Assembly: GCA_036172245.1 (NCBI GenBank)
Contig: JAYWIR010000016.1
Location: 2,542,001-2,606,000 of the forward strand
From: Raillietiella orientalis
Lineage: Eukaryota
Direction of reading: 5' to 3'
Length of the DNA: 64,000 nt
In this document: one piece after another, positions 37,571 to 55,935 of the stretch
Numbering within the stretch: the stretch's first letter is position 1
Layout: each line of letters opens with the position of its first letter
Position numbers and translations under genes: made by a program
The notes under the pieces: generated by a model
What the model was told of the DNA's origin: nothing
The model's database searches: none
What the model saw: only the letters and a program-made list of their open reading frames with translations

Positions 37571-38990
37571 TTTCTCCAAGTCCCACAAGGGGTGGGGTGA
37601 ATTTATTTTTTTCTTTGATCATTTACTCTAGGTATTCATGCATTCGTTTTCTCCGATTATTTCACTTGTGTCTCCTAAGGTTATCACTGAGGTTCACTAC
37701 ACTTGGGGAACTGGGCGTCGTTTATGCCTGGACGTTGTCCTCAATCCTTCTCAGGTTATGTCGGTAGTTCCAGGCCTGTACTCTTCCACAGTTTCTTATG
37801 CCGATCTCCTTCTGGATAAGCCCTTTCAGGATTTCCATTGAAGATACGGCGGTGCTGGTGGTCTTCATCTTCCACCACCGCACATGGATGGCGGTGATGA
37901 AGAGGACGATGGTCATCCTTACCATGGGATTGTGACAGGGAAACGTTCCCATTTCCTTGGAACATGCCTGCTAAAATTCCCATGGTCGATGCGGTGGGCA
38001 GCCCTATTACCCTTTTCAGGGTGTGCCACTCTTGTTGAATAGTGGGACAGGTGAAGACGTGGAGTCTTGTATCCTTGTCTCCACATGCTCTGCAGTCCTA
38101 ATCTTCTCTCCTTCCCGTGAAACGCTTCATGGTTGTCTCGCACAGGATCCTCCATGATAAAACATCAGGAGGTTATCCTGTGTATCTGGTGACAAGTCAT
38201 TCTTCCAGAGTGTCGTTCCGATTGCCAACAGGTTTATTCCAGCACTTTCGTGGCGATCGGCGGCTTCTTGGAGGGCACTGGTGTCTTTTTCCCCTTGGAC
38301 TATTAGTCGGCATAGGTTTCTCTTTGTTACCCTGGACCACACGAACTTGTTGTGGTTTTTCCACACTTCGCGGGCAGTTATCCAGTCAGTGTATCGGAGT
38401 ACTCGGGAATGGTGAAGGTACTCTCCTCGTCTTCATGCTTGCAAGGTAACCCTGGACCGCTGGTGAATCCAGTCCTCCGTATCCGGAGGTACCGGGAGCA
38501 TCCACGGGATGACCAGGATGGATTCCTCCTGCCAGAGTTCCTTGCTCCTTGGTATGATCTTCAGCTGGTGCTTGTGTACCAGCTGTTGCTTTCGTCTCCA
38601 GGTTGGGTCGATGGTCCCCCATTTACCCACTCGGCTGAGCAGCGCAGTCATCAGTCCTCTCGAGTTATTTATCAACAACGGGTAAGCCCTGTGCGCTGCA
38701 TGCGGCCAGTCTTCCCAGTTTTCTGACATGTCCAGGAGTTGTCGCACGTCCATGGTGTCCACAGCGTGTGCAAGCGACTTCATCCCGGTACCTCCTTCCT
38801 CCTTAGGACGACACAGTGGTTCGAGGCGGGCTCTCGGTCGATAGCCTCCCCAGAGGGTTTTCCTTTGAAGCTTTCCTACCTCTCTTTTGGTATCTTGATG
38901 CATTCTACAGAAGGCCGCTCCGAAGAATATCTTTGGAAGGAGTCCAACTCCTGGGCGACGTTGAGCAACCATTTGACCAAATGCATTTCG
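37571..38990 (-). mobile_element. 5'-truncated, degenerate L1/Tx1-clade non-LTR retrotransposon (post-RT region and 3' UTR)
   Basis: LQRKTLWGG...LCRPKEEGGTGM motif; collinear peptide similarity to 21300-22590 (KIIPRSKELW, LLMFYHGG, HNPMVRM). 3' end AATAAATTCACCCCACCCCTTGTGGGACTTGGAGAAA. Confidence 0.85.
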
Positions 38991-41899
38991 TTATTTATTA
39001 CTCATTCAGACTGGATGCCTTTGAAATTTCATGCAAGTCTAATGCGCTTTGCAAAGCAATGAATTTTCTATTTTCATTATTCTTTTGTGTTTTCTAAAAA
39101 TATCATACAGTAATCCTTTTTTTTTTTTTTTTTCATAATATACGCATCATACGGGACTTTCTCGCAAACGAAGAATTGGATATTTCTTTAGGAAATGACA
39201 TCTGGTCGAAAGTAAACTGAAAGCTATTTGAGGATCAGTGAGGACCACCATGCTATCCGTAAAGTACCGCCAGCATACTCTGTCTCTATATATACTTTTC
39301 ACAATTAATTATATTTAAGTGAAGTGCAATTGTGAAGTATTCATTTTCAGAATTTTTGTTCGTGACACCAGAATTACTATACATGATTTCCTCTTCCTAG
39401 GTTTAAACCAAAAAAAAAAAAAATGTGTTTTTTCAATTAAGGGTACTTTTACGCTTTTTATTTTGTAAAGTTGGAACATTTCCATGACCACTTAAAATAA
39501 AAGGGATAAGAAAAACTCATTTGATAATGGCACAACTTTCGTGTGCAATGTTTTTTCACATACAAATCTGAACACAAACTAGCTCGAATGAGTTTTGATA
39601 ATAATATAGTATCTGAACACACCTTTCCTCGTTTCTTTCTTCTATCTTTTCCTTTTTGTATATTTTGGGAAAAGCATTCCATAAACTGCAATTTCTTGAG
39701 AAATGCAAGTTTAACGATGATGCTTTCACAGAGATGCATTCTTTTCCACGATAAATTATTGATACTATATTATTATCAGAAAATAAGCAATAGATTGCGT
39801 ATTCAAACTAAAAGATACGAAAGCGTTTGTGCATTTTCATAATGGTAATAAGAAAAAGAACTTGGACGATTTTCAGCAGAAAAGTCACGATTCTTCTAAA
39901 CTCATAACACTACAGTAGCACTTTTGTATATACAGAGACATGGTTATCTAAATGAAACTTTAGTTTTGCACTTTGTGGGTCGGATCTGCTGAGAAATGCT
40001 CTTCGTGCTCAAAATCTCCAATGTTAGAAACTGCAATGTGCAAACCAGAGAAAGCTACTTAATGAATTACTGGATAAAATACCACGACAAGGAACCCTCA
40101 AAGTGGAAGCGGCCGAATGAATACTTTATTTCACAATTAATGTATTAAGCAATTTTATTGAACACTCTAACAGTCATTAACATTTTGTTTTAGCAGACAT
40201 TTTTTCCACCAGACAATGTCTCAGCATATTTCTCTTTACGGCGAGAGTGCCAATTTCTTTGAGGAAGGAGCAATAACACACACACAGATTGATCGCATCT
40301 TTCCAAATGCAATTCTGCAGATTTGCATGATTTACCTAAATTATTTCTTATCGAAGCATGAGGGCACATTTTAAGCACAGAAGAATGGCATCCAACGAGA
40401 ATCCTTAATTTGCATCCATTTTTTGTAAAAATATAGGAGGTATTCATTCTGTATCTCCATTATGGAGAACGGGCTTTTTGATCCATATTGCTCAGCCTAA
40501 AGATCTTTTGAAGGCGGTTGAAAGCATAGGAAGATAGTTACATCCGCTTTAAAGACTGGTGAGTTTTTCCTTAGTATTATGGGATGATGAGAGTGACTGG
40601 GAATCTTTTGTCCCACAAGCACCTATAAACCAAAGAAAACATCTTATCCAGGTTACAGCGAAATGTGATGATGAGAACATCTGAACAAAGTGACTCGGAG
40701 TGACTCGGTGAGGCAATAATCACAAAAGAATACCTTACTGGAGACGATGAAGGAATGGGAAAAAGTATCGATGACAAGCGGAAGTGCCGTTTCAAACATT
40801 GAAAACATTTTTGCATGATACATATACAACAAAATTATACTTGGATTATGCATATATCTACCAAAACATGCATCATGATTTCACTTGTTAAGAAAAATGC
40901 ATAGTTTCCTTAATGTCAAAGATTCGCGAGAGATTCACGTGTTTAAAGCGAATTTATCTTTAATTCTTTGTGCGCATCCGAAGAAAAAACTGTTTCTTAA
41001 TTTGCTTTTTTTGCATCAGATACTCTTTCTTTATAGAAAATAAAAATTGCTGCATCCTGAATGATCGATTATCATTTTAATTGGCTACTTAATATTATTT
41101 GGTGATTTGATAACTCCAAAATTATCCAGCATTTTGATCTATGTTTTTAATCCTGTTTATGTTTTTAACATATGTCTGGAGTGGTTTTTTTATTAATGGT
41201 CGAATATTTTTTTTGTATATGACTTTTGATTGCGTTTGGATGCATGCACGTTTTCCAAATTCTTTTCGCCTTCAAAGCTTTCTTTATTTCGTTCTTATTT
41301 ATTTTCTTCCTTTCTATATGCGGCCTTGATGTTTATGTTTAGCCTTATTTACGTTTAGTGAGACGTGGTCCTTGTGAATTTTCTTGCAACATTAAAGAAA
41401 ACTGAGCTTTGAATGAGATTCGGACGAACAATCGATATCAAACTTCATGCTTTGTGTTCATAATGGGGTGGACAATTTTTTTTTGTTTAGTCTTCAAAGG
41501 AATTCATGATGCAAAATAATTTCATTATAACATTATGCTTGTTTATCAGGTGATAACTCAAGATGCAAGGGAATGGTGACATGGAAATTATCCTTAATTT
41601 ATGGTTGAGGAAAGCAAGGTGAGTTCCGTCTCCTTGTGATCCATAGGAAAACTCCTTGATCCATTTTGAAAATAGAATACTTGGTTCGATCATAAAAACA
41701 AGTGCTCGTGAGCGTGATCCTTCCCTTCATTTAAATCAATTTTGTGCGAAACTGTAGGGGCACCCCTTGTTTCTTCCCTGCGTCAAGTGGGCATTGGAGT
41801 ACGGTGGTTCCGTGTTCACCGCGAGCGGCCTCTGCTGCGCCCCGCGCCGTGTTTCGAGAACGTTCCGAGCAGCGCCCCCGTCTCTCGTGGGAGAAGTGC

Positions 41900-45395
<3,496 letters not shown>

Positions 45396-45396
45396 T

Positions 45397-45729
45397 ATGA
45401 AACGTTTGTTGAAAATTCTGTTTTCTAAAGAATCCATTTATCAAGTTAAGACTACTTTTGCTACAGCATCAAAAGAGTCTTTGAGCAAACCTTTGTCCTA
45501 TCAAAATAGTGAAGCAGCCAGATGGAAAGCCAGGCAATCTTTTGGGGACAGCACATTCCAACGTTTGAACTGGCCTTGGTATCAACCCTATGTTGTAAGT
45601 TTTAGTGCAGGATCATTCATGGTTTATTTTTTTCTGTTACGTGAAGAAAACGATATTGATCAGCAGCTCTCATTACCTTTAGAACATTATTTGCCCAATA
45701 TTGAAAAACCCTCCCAAAAGCATATGTAA
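45397..45729 (+). CDS. UQCC4: CCSMST1/C16orf91-family small mitochondrial membrane protein (complex III assembly factor UQCC4), 110 aa
   Basis: Basic N-terminal targeting-like peptide, PLSYQNSEAARWKARQSF, PWYQPYVVSFS....YFFLLREENDID family motif; the stop overlaps AATAAA (45729-45734). Confidence 0.8.
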   Translation: MKRLLKILFSKESIYQVKTTFATASKESLSKPLSYQNSEAARWKARQSFGDSTFQRLNWPWYQPYVVSFSAGSFMVYFFLLREENDIDQQLSLPLEHYLPNIEKPSQKHM

Positions 45730-45758
45730 ATAAAACTTTATAGGCAATCTTTGTTGCT

Positions 45759-47818
45759 TTATTTTCTTTTTTTTCTAAATCTGTCCAATACATGGGTCGT
45801 TGATTTTTCGATTCTTGACTGTTTTCCTGGACGAATAGGGTGACCTGAATCCTAGAAGAACGGTAGTTACAAGAATAGGAACCTTTCAGTAATTGGTGTA
45901 ATTACTTTTACAGTTGCTTCATCCTGTGAAGTCACAGTTACTTTTCCAACTTTGTTTTTCTTCTTACAATGCTTCAAAGGTATATTACGTGGTTTCACAT
46001 ACTAAATACAATCTGCATAAAACAATCCCGAAATGCAAACATCCTACCAGAATGTTTTTACTAGCTGTCAGTTTTTGCTCCAATTTTTTTGTATTGACAT
46101 CTCCCAAATCACTTGAATCTAGACATATGAGCTCTGGTTGAATCTTTCAATCAATTAATAAGAAAGGAACATCGCCAATAAACTCACTTTTTCTAATAAA
46201 GCTTTTATTTCTGCTTCTTGTCGCTGTTTTTTGGTTTGAAAAGGATTTGCTTCCAGAGCATCAAAATTAGGTTCTCCAGATCCTATTAAACAAAGAAATG
46301 GTCATGCTATTTCTCTACCTATCCCAGACCTGGAATCACAAGATTGGCAACTCCTGATCCATGTCCAATCCCTAACACATCCTCAAAGGGACAAAACTGC
46401 ACATCACTAATGTTCGATTGAAACTGGTGTTTCATGTAAAGATTCATTAATTTCGAATTTCCAACGTCTTTGTAGATCTTTTGAGGAAAAATTACATCCG
46501 TATTCAATTAAATTACGTACCTCGACTTTCTGATTTAATGCTGCAGCAAGGAGTCCCGTTTGACTAAATGACAGCTTGGATGCTCCTCCACCAAGTTTAT
46601 AAGAATGCAAACAATTGAACATTCGGATATCCCAAACTTTTAATAGACGATCCATTCCTGATGTGACCAAATATCTTGGACAAAATAAGCTGTGGAATAC
46701 TGGGATTTGCACTCACTTGCCCTGGCTGTCAACAGCAATTGACTGTATTGGATGAGCATGACATAACATTTTGACTACAGGATCTTTCAAGTTGGGAGTC
46801 CACATTGTCACCAGTCCTTTTGTTAATAATAATTTAATTATGAACATTTGATATTATTTTGTTTACAAAAAGGTTTCCATCCTGTCTTGAAAATGTATAC
46901 AAACCTTTAGAATGTCCTAAGCAAAGAACAGCATTTTGAGGATTTTGACACATGATGCGTAAAGGTCCCATATGTGTATTTGTGCATTTAACTATTTTTC
47001 CTATTGACACATCCAACCAGCTAAGAAATCCTGTTTCACTCTGTTGTATGCCAATTAAGTTTCCATAAAAGTTTTCACTTAACTGAACTTGCTAATAAAA
47101 AATGGTATGGTAGAAACTCCATGCATTCAATTTTGTGGAGTTCCTTCAGGCAATGTAGCTCTATTCCTTGACAATCATATAAAAACACCCATTTTTTTTG
47201 AGCAACTGCAAACATATTTTCTGTATGCAACCATCTATAAATCAATAAATATTTCAACAGATACATGTTTCCTTTACTTCACATCATGAACAGATTCCAT
47301 TACATTGAATTCACACAACAGTGCTTTGGTAAGCCAGTCAAAACCTGCCACATGACCCATTTTCCCTCCAATTAGGAGATAGCGACCATTTCTTAGATAA
47401 TCAACTCTAGAAAAGAGTGCAGCTAACTTTTTCTTTTGCTTACTTTGTTGTATGCTAGTATACAAACATCTCAACATACTTGTAAGGTGCAAACTGATTT
47501 AATTTCAACTCAAAATGCTTAGTTGCTGTGCACAGATCAACGTGTTTTTTTAAATCCCTTTGTGTTATCTCATATGTGTGTTCTCCTTCATCTGGCTCCA
47601 AAAATCTAAGAAATTTTGAACATAACAACTGCGTACACAACTACTTCAAACTGTTATATTTAGATCACTGTCAAACATGTATATACAAGCATACGCACTG
47701 ATCACTGTTCTTACCCTGCTTGTTCTGTAAGCAACACTTGTGAACGTAGCAGCTGACTTTCAGATTCATTTACTCTCCTTTCAAACCTTGAGCGCTTGTT
47801 GCGTGCCTTTGATCTCAT
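45759..47818 (-). CDS. WDR46: WD repeat-containing protein 46 (UTP7/BING4); start codon uncertain
   Basis: Multi-exon. Motifs [105 protein letters not shown] (BING4CT); ends [10 protein letters not shown]. Confidence 0.93.
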
Positions 47819-50800
47819 AATTCATTACTTGGGTTGACCTAACATTTTCTACCAGCAATTCACTTCAGTGAAATCGAAATTTTCATCAGGTATCCGAACC
47901 GAAGGCATACGTCTTGCAAACACGTGTCTTCACATCAGTTCAGCTGACTCCAAACATTGGTGACCATGTTTCGTTTCGCAGTCATGCCTACCAACTTCAC
48001 ACGCATGCTAACGCATTGCCCCCGCTGCTGAGCACTACCGTGCACGCTTCTCCTTGGTGCCATCATTTGATTATCATTTCTTTTTGTACTTCCCTTATCC
48101 CGAAGAGCAAGGAATGGTTTTCATGATGTGAAATGTGCTTAAGGAAACCATGTAGACTTTTTTTTTTTTGTTTATGCAATCCGATAGCCAAGTCAGCTAA
48201 GAAACTTTGTTCCTCAATGATTTCACTTTACGCTTGTGTCCTTTAAATAATGTCCCAAGACAAAACATTCTAGGTGTATTATAATTTGTATTTATTCAGT
48301 ATACTTCCTTTCAAGGAACTGCTCAAACACCCCCAAAAAATATTCTTTGTCTTCCAAGGAGAACAAACAGTTCTTTGATGACTCATACAACAGATTGTAT
48401 GAAGAATATTCCGTGTACTAGTTGAGATCACGAAGCAATAGAGAAATTTAATTTTTAGCTATCCATCAAAAAAATACGTGTAATGGTATTCTGGCACTTT
48501 GTGTTCTTCTTGGAAATCAAATGAGTTCTTATCGAATTCAATAGGGTCTAAATGGAATATAACATCCTTCTACTGGCCTGCCAATACATAGATATTCTTT
48601 AAAGCACATTTTAGAAATGTTAAAGTAACTGACTATTTAAAGAGAAAACTTACTTTCATATTGTAAATTTGGGTCTTGTAAGATCCTATATGTAATGTGA
48701 TCAATGCAAGCACACCGTATAAAATTTTGAATACTTGATTATTTTGATTCTCTGTGCTTCTTAAAGTCTAGTAGTTGGAAAAAATACTTGTGATTCCATG
48801 AGCAATTAAATTAATTAATTAGATGTCTGGACACGTTCTCTGCTTTTCTTTGAAAACTAGGGTTCACCTCTTAAGCTAATTCATCATCATAAAAGAAGCA
48901 CGTGCTACAGAATCCCATATGTCAAAATATCAGAAAATATTACATCACTGGATTTTTCATTTGCATTTATTTCTTAAGCACAGACAGAGGAAATCAAGAG
49001 ATTTGAAAAAGAGTAAACTGAATTTTCATAAGGTTTCAGAAAAGTTTTCTCAAGATTCATGTATGCTATTACAAACGCATCCACAAGTGTGTAAGTACAA
49101 TTATTCAATGTCCTCAAATTTCTGTATATGTAAACTTCAAGGAAAAAGTTGGTTTTCTTCTCATTCAAACAGTTTATTTCAAAATGCTAACTATAAGGAG
49201 TTACCTGTCACAGAATCGAGACATTCATACTTATTACAAATCGATCACAATTCTACAGCAATGTTTCGTGAGGATCAATAAATAATTCTGTCACAACTTC
49301 CTATGAATTCCTTGAGATGGTTTTCTCTTATTCGAACACTGACTTGCAGCAGCAGTTGTAGATTATCGTTTACTTGATTTGAACAATATTTCTCTTCACC
49401 ACATTTGAATGTACCAAAAAAGAAAATATATAAAAATAAACAGTCAGTTCCAGCTACATCTTCAAAAATAATAAAAATTTGCAGATAGTGGAGGAAACCA
49501 GGTATTTAGTTTAAAGAGCTTAAGGAACCTTCAGTGATTTTCCCAAAGTAGTCAAAGCTGTCAGAGAATATCTCTGCTGTGCATCTGGAAATGGAAATTC
49601 ATATTTAAAGATGAACTAATACAGTATTTGGAACATGGAGATAAATGAACACGGGAGGCTTTTCCTGCTTTAGAAGGAATTTTTTTCTTTTTCTACAGGT
49701 CTGTAGCAACCTCACGCGGAGATCGTTACTATTGGCCTAGGATGATGGAATTTCTTCTGGGATTTTTCTATTTCGCTGCTTTCCCTCCAATTTTTTTTTT
49801 ATTCTTTAGAAGAGGAAAGCCATTTTTTTTTTTTTTTTTAATGCATTCTTCCTACCTGATAACCACTTTAAAAATAGAAATCAGGATTGATCCAATTACT
49901 CATCAGTAATCAACGATTAATCATAAGTTTTAGGAATAAATGGCAGAAATTAAGCTGCTGGTCCACCGAGCAACATCTCAGATGATGATGCTTTAGACAT
50001 GTAAGTTACAAGCACGTCTCATTTTTTGGGCCGATGCATTGCATACCCACTGCAGTGGTGGTCAAAATTAGGAAGCCGACTGAACTGGGCTTCTCATCTT
50101 CTTCTCAAGGTGTTCAAGAAATTGTAAGCATTTTCAGAGCGCTTGTGATTTTCAACCGGGAGGATTTGCAAGTTTTTCCGTCTTGAAAGAGTTCAATAGT
50201 CGACGAAAAAAAAAGTCTTGGTGAAAAAATCAAAGAGCCTCTTCATATAGCAAAAGTTTCGTGTGTTTACAAGCAGAAGGTAATCCCCTTGCCAGTTGTT
50301 TCCTGTTCTTACATTTTGATTTCCAAGTTTGTTTGAAACTTTTATTAAACTCCCTTCAAAGCGTACAATACCTTAGTGTAATTTCCACTTGTGTACGTGT
50401 ACGACTGCCCTATCATCAGGGCTAAAAATCTGAAATACCAGTGGTCGTGTATACGAGTAGCTTATCCATTTTCCTCTCTAATCGTGAATTTGGTTCATAA
50501 GGGTATTGTTTGTTTGGTGAACCAGATTTCTATAATATGTTACGAGCTGTACGTCATCTATTTTAATCACAGTTTAGGTTTTATTGAATAACGATGCAAA
50601 CAACTTCATGGAGGATAAGTAAAGACCAATCATGGATAGTGAACAAGGTTGGTGTATAGATCACAGGGCGAATCATTATATGCAAACATGAAAGTTCCGG
50701 TGTGGTAATTACCTTATTTAAATTTTTAGTTAACATAAACAAGGCCAGAGCATGGAAAAATAAGGCCATCATCAGAAACATAATAAACATTATACCAGAG

Positions 50801-50892
50801 TCCCTATCATAATAGTTCTTGAAGTTATTAAATTTCTGAATAAAGTCTGTAATAATGTTTTTTTGTTTTTTGTTTCAGGATGACTTGTACTT

Positions 50893-53009
50893 ATGCAGAA
50901 TTTTCAGTGGAATGACACATTGTCTTGTTGTATATGTGACAACAGTTTTCATCAAATTTCAAGACAGCCCATTAGTTTGGGATGCGGTCATACCATATGT
51001 CATCTTTGCAGAGATCGAATCCATTTACAAGAGTGTCCTTTTGACAAGGTAGGATATTGTGCATCTGTAGCATATGATTTTACTTGGTACATTAATAGGT
51101 GAAAATTTCAGTGAAACTGACATCACTACCAGTTAACAAAGCATTGCTTTTATTAATTAGAGGTAATAATGATGAGATAGTTGCCAGCTCCGATGATTCT
51201 GTGAATTCACATTTCCAACAGGAAGATTTGCAGATATATTCTTCTTGTAAACAGTGTATTGAGGATCTTGCTATTCTGTTAAAAACTTATGCCAGAAATG
51301 ATAAATATCAAGGTAATATGAGAATTCAAAGTTTGGTTGCTTTCATAAATGTTTTTAGAATCCATTATATCACATGCAGTCCAAAGAAAATTGCTTTCCT
51401 TGCTTACATGCCAACTTCTAGAAGAAGAAGGGAGGATTAAAGTTGTGAAAATTTGTCGTTCTCTGGGTGAACGTCTAATCACAGAGATTCTCATAAAACA
51501 TCAGGATTCCCAACAAACGAGAGCACTTTTGTGGGATGCCATTCGAGGAAAAGGGTGTCAGTTCCTTGGACCAGGTTCAGTGCATGCCCTTTGTTAGCAC
51601 ACTTAATAATCCTGAAGATTATTATCACTCTATTAACTTTGTTTGTATTCTCCATATGACTTAACGTTATTTGTTTTCTGTAGTCAAGTTAAAACCAATC
51701 TTTCACTTGATTAGTAACCACTAGTACCATTTACATAGTTGGAAAAATAATGTTATCTATCTAATTGTTATTGTTCATTGTTTGGTGAGCACTTTGAACT
51801 CAATTGCTCACTATGAGGTAAAACATCATTTTCCTTAAGATAAACATGAAATTAATTATTGGAAATGGTTTTGAATCGACCTGCCTACTGTTCCCATCTT
51901 GTTATTAGATTAATTGATGATTAATAGTAAAGCTGTTGATGCTATGGAGATGCAAAAAACATCATCTACATTTTTGTCGTGAATTCTGTCAAGAAAAATC
52001 TGTGTTCTCTCCAGAAGAATGTAAATTACCCTTAAAATGCTGCAACAGAGTAATCCCTGAAAAATAAATTGATGAGAGCTGCTTTCTTTTTCATTGCTTT
52101 ATGAAGAATACAGTATGGAGTTAAAGATTATGTATTCACATGACTGTACTAATGCAAAACGTGTCTTTTAACTGTTGTACTTATGACATCATCATAACAG
52201 ATGCAATGTTTGAAACTTTGAACTCTTGGTGCCTTACTGTTCAATTTGTCTTTTGTGGTATTGATTATTTGCTACTACTGTGGAGATCCTCCATCTTAAG
52301 TTTGGAACTTGATGATTTGCCTCATGAATTCGGTTCTTGTTTTTATGAATTCGTTAAATTCTGAATTCTTTTATTTGCCATTTGCTGTGTCTGTTTAAGT
52401 TTGTTCATGCACTAAGCAATATAAATAATAGGTAATCCTATTATTGTTTGTTTTTAGCTATGCAAGATGAAACCCTGAGGTTAATTCTATTAGCATTGGA
52501 GGATGGCTATTTGCTGTCTCGCCAAGTACTGGTTTTGTTTGTAATTCAGAGGCTAAAGCCACGTTATCCACAGACATCAAAAACAAGTGTTGGTCACGTA
52601 GTACAATTATTATACCGTGCCTCTTGCTTCAAGGTGTGGTTTCCTCTCGTGTTTGTAGTTATTTAAGAATTTCAGATTATCCAAAGGAAAGATGCATCAT
52701 CATTGATGCAGTTAAAGGAAGAATTTCGTTCATATGAAGCTTTGAGACGACAACATGATTCCCAGATTGTGCAAATAGCCAAAGAAGCAGGGTTGCATAT
52801 TTTTCCTGAGCAGTGGTCTTTGTTATTGTATGGTGATGTCAGTCACAAATCACAGATGCAGAGTATTGTTGATAAACTTCAGACCAAAAATTATTTCAAT
52901 GAATGCATCCTAGAACTTCATGTAGCATGCCAGAAAGCTGATGATTCTGAGCAGCTCGCAGGTTTCATAGATTACTTTGGGAGATTAGCTGAAATTTATA
53001 CTAAACCAG
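50893..53009 (+). CDS. Roquin (RC3H1/2-like) RING-HEPN-ROQ region; downstream exons not found in the window
   Basis: Exons 50893-51048, 51099-51312, 51359-51574, 52458-52633, 52676-53009. [15 protein letters not shown]...[11 protein letters not shown]...CPFD; ROQ motifs [88 protein letters not shown]. Confidence 0.92.
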
Positions 53010-55935
53010 GTAATTATCAGATCTACACAAGTATTCATTGGGGTTGCTATATAGTTGATCAACTTATCAGAAACTGTTTTCCTTTAACAATATTTGTTAA
53101 ACTTGTTCAAAAATGGCCTCTAAAAGTGTGTAATTATGCAATTTGTATAACTGGAAATGTAATTTATTTTTGGTTTTCATTTGGAAATCCCAGATTATTG
53201 TTATTTTGTTACCTAATTCTATTATCAAAATTCGAGATCATTAAATCATGGATAAGCTAAAAAGAATGTAGAACGTTGACCACCACGAATTTTTTTCAAG
53301 GGCTGTAATGGTGAAGTCTGGTTTACTAGGGGAGTTAGGTTACTTTTCGGGTTTTGTACATGGGAACACTGTACACGTATTATCCTCTCCAATCATTTTC
53401 CATTAAGATTATTAACTTTGTATGCGAACTTATTCATGTGATGAAAAAAAATAATGTGTAGTTGTTGGAGCCTTATTCTGCAAATCATTGAAATCTTTAG
53501 TGGGATGCGACTTTCCGAACATAATTGTAATTTGCTAAGTCTGAAAATCTGGTAATCTGTACGAATGTGCGGCATGCGCAATCCAGAATTTAAATTACAT
53601 TTCAGTAAATTAGATTACTTATCACATTGTCCTTTTTTTTTTTTTTTTCTAATGGAAATCACAAACTGTGGTTGATAAGTGCTCTTATTTCGTTCCCAAT
53701 GACCGTGACAGTCGACGATAAGTCCGTGCAGTGGCGGGTCATAGACGTGACCTTTCCGCGAGGATGCGTTCTTGCAGCGAAGAGTAAATCTCACGGAAGA
53801 AGAAGAAACCGAATTGAACGAACGGAGTAAAAGCACAAAGTGGTTTCTCATTAGTAAATCTGATTACGTTGGAGTTGGAGAGAAATTCCGTACTTGGAAG
53901 CGATGGTCGTCTGCCCGACCGCATGGAAACAGAAGCTGGGAAATCCCATCATCAACGGGGCGTGGCGATTTTTTTTTTTTTTTTCCTCCCAAGAGTTACC
54001 GGAGAGCAACATGCCTAGTCGAGAAAGAGTGACCCCAGGTCTCGTGTGGACACGATTCACACCAAGCTGTTCATTGCCTGTTGCATACTTATCGAACTGG
54101 TCCACGTGTGAGCTGCTTTTCAGCAAGAGGCGTCACCTTCCTTGCTATAAGTCGGGAGTCGCCCCTATTGCCCCCCTATTGGGAATTTCTTTTGCGCATT
54201 CATCCCCATGCATTTGCCGCTGCTCGCTTGAGAACTTTTAGTCGGATAATGTGCGAGAAGCGAAAAGGTGGCCTTTTTTTTTTTTCTTTCGGCATCTGCT
54301 TGTGGTACGATCATCTTCCCAGGTGATTATTATTCGTACATGTTCCTGTTCAGGTTCAAGATTGGTAGGCAATTCGATAACGCAATGGTTCGCATGTTTG
54401 TAACTCCATAATCGATAACCGTGGGCCGTTGGTTTTGGCTGCAAACGACCTCGTGATCGTAACCGTTGATGATGTCAAAGAGCATTTGATCGTAGCAGCA
54501 GAGCTCAGCATTCGGATGATTTACTGCATACCACATTTCTGTCCTTCGTGGAAGCCTTAACCTGTGTTTTTGCGATTCACGTTTTTCTGTCATATGTGTT
54601 GTATGACTTGCTTTCCAAATTAGAATGGTTGCACAATCAGCTGTAATAAGGTATCAGTACCGACCCAGAGAGAGACGAAAACGTTTGAAACCTCTCCCTG
54701 GACAAATCAAGCCTGCTGTAAAATGGCTTGGAAAGCGAAATCTCATGCTTCGGCCAGCACGTACGTGTATGTGTGTGTGTGTGTTTCTGAGTGCCTTCCG
54801 TTTCGTGTTTGCTTCCTGACGCCGACGAGCCCGTCCCACTGAGTTCGTGTCAGTTTCCGATTCTGACATCTGATAATCATTGCAAGTAACCAAAATTTGC
54901 ACCAGGGGCAGAAGTTCCTTGGAGCACGTGTTTCGACTCCCTGAATGCGTTGCTGGAGACCATGAGGCGCTTCGTGCGGTTTCTGCAGCAGTGCTACGCC
55001 TCACGAAGCATCGAGAGGATCAGGCTCGGCAAGGAGGCTGCGGAAGTACCATTCGACTCCCAGTCCGACGCCTTGGTCGAAGTCCAAGCAAGCACGAACT
55101 CTTGCAGACCGTGGGAAGATGTTTTCAAAAGGTATCGGAAACGTTTCCATCATCTTATTCGCGTTCCGAGCGGCTGTTTAGCGGTTGGTTCGATTTCTGA
55201 TCGAAAACTCGGTAAAGTGTTGCGGATGTCTGATGCGTTGTGCTCATTCGCAAAGATTGCATTGGAAACACTTTTGCGCAGCGTGGCTCGCAGAGCTGGC
55301 GGAAAAATGTCCCAAATTCAACCTCTCATTTCGAAAGCACATGCGTTTCCTGTGGATGAAAGCATCCTTTTGCCTCTCCGTCGAAATCCTTGCTCTGTGA
55401 GTCTTCGTTTACAATAGCAACGTTAAACGAACTTAGCCGACTGTGGCAGATTGGAAGATGCTGAAACCGCAAAAGGGGTTCTACCATTCGTGGAGCGATA
55501 GCGAATCTTCGTACACCGTGCATCTGTGATGCGTACCTCATCCGACACACATTTGTCGTTCTCTGGCAGTGTCGCCTCCACGCGTAGTTTTACGAAACGT
55601 ATCAGTGTCGAAGAACACACAAAGGCCTGCAGCTGAATTGTGTAGTTGTTCTTCGTTTGCGTGTACGTCTTCGAAAGCACAAGAGTCCTCGACACTTTCT
55701 AGAACGTTTTCATCGAATCAAGAGACAAACCGCAACACGATCTCTTACCCAAAACATTATACACAAATCATGTACGAGGCTCACGAACAGCGTGTAATTC
55801 CTGCACTGGAAATTGTCCCTACTGCAACCCCTATGCACCACTCCGTTTACTTTTCATCAACCACTTCGTGTTCTTCGGCATTGATGTGTTACCTCCTTCC
55901 TTGTGTCCACGCGAAAAATGAATCCATCGCTAAGG

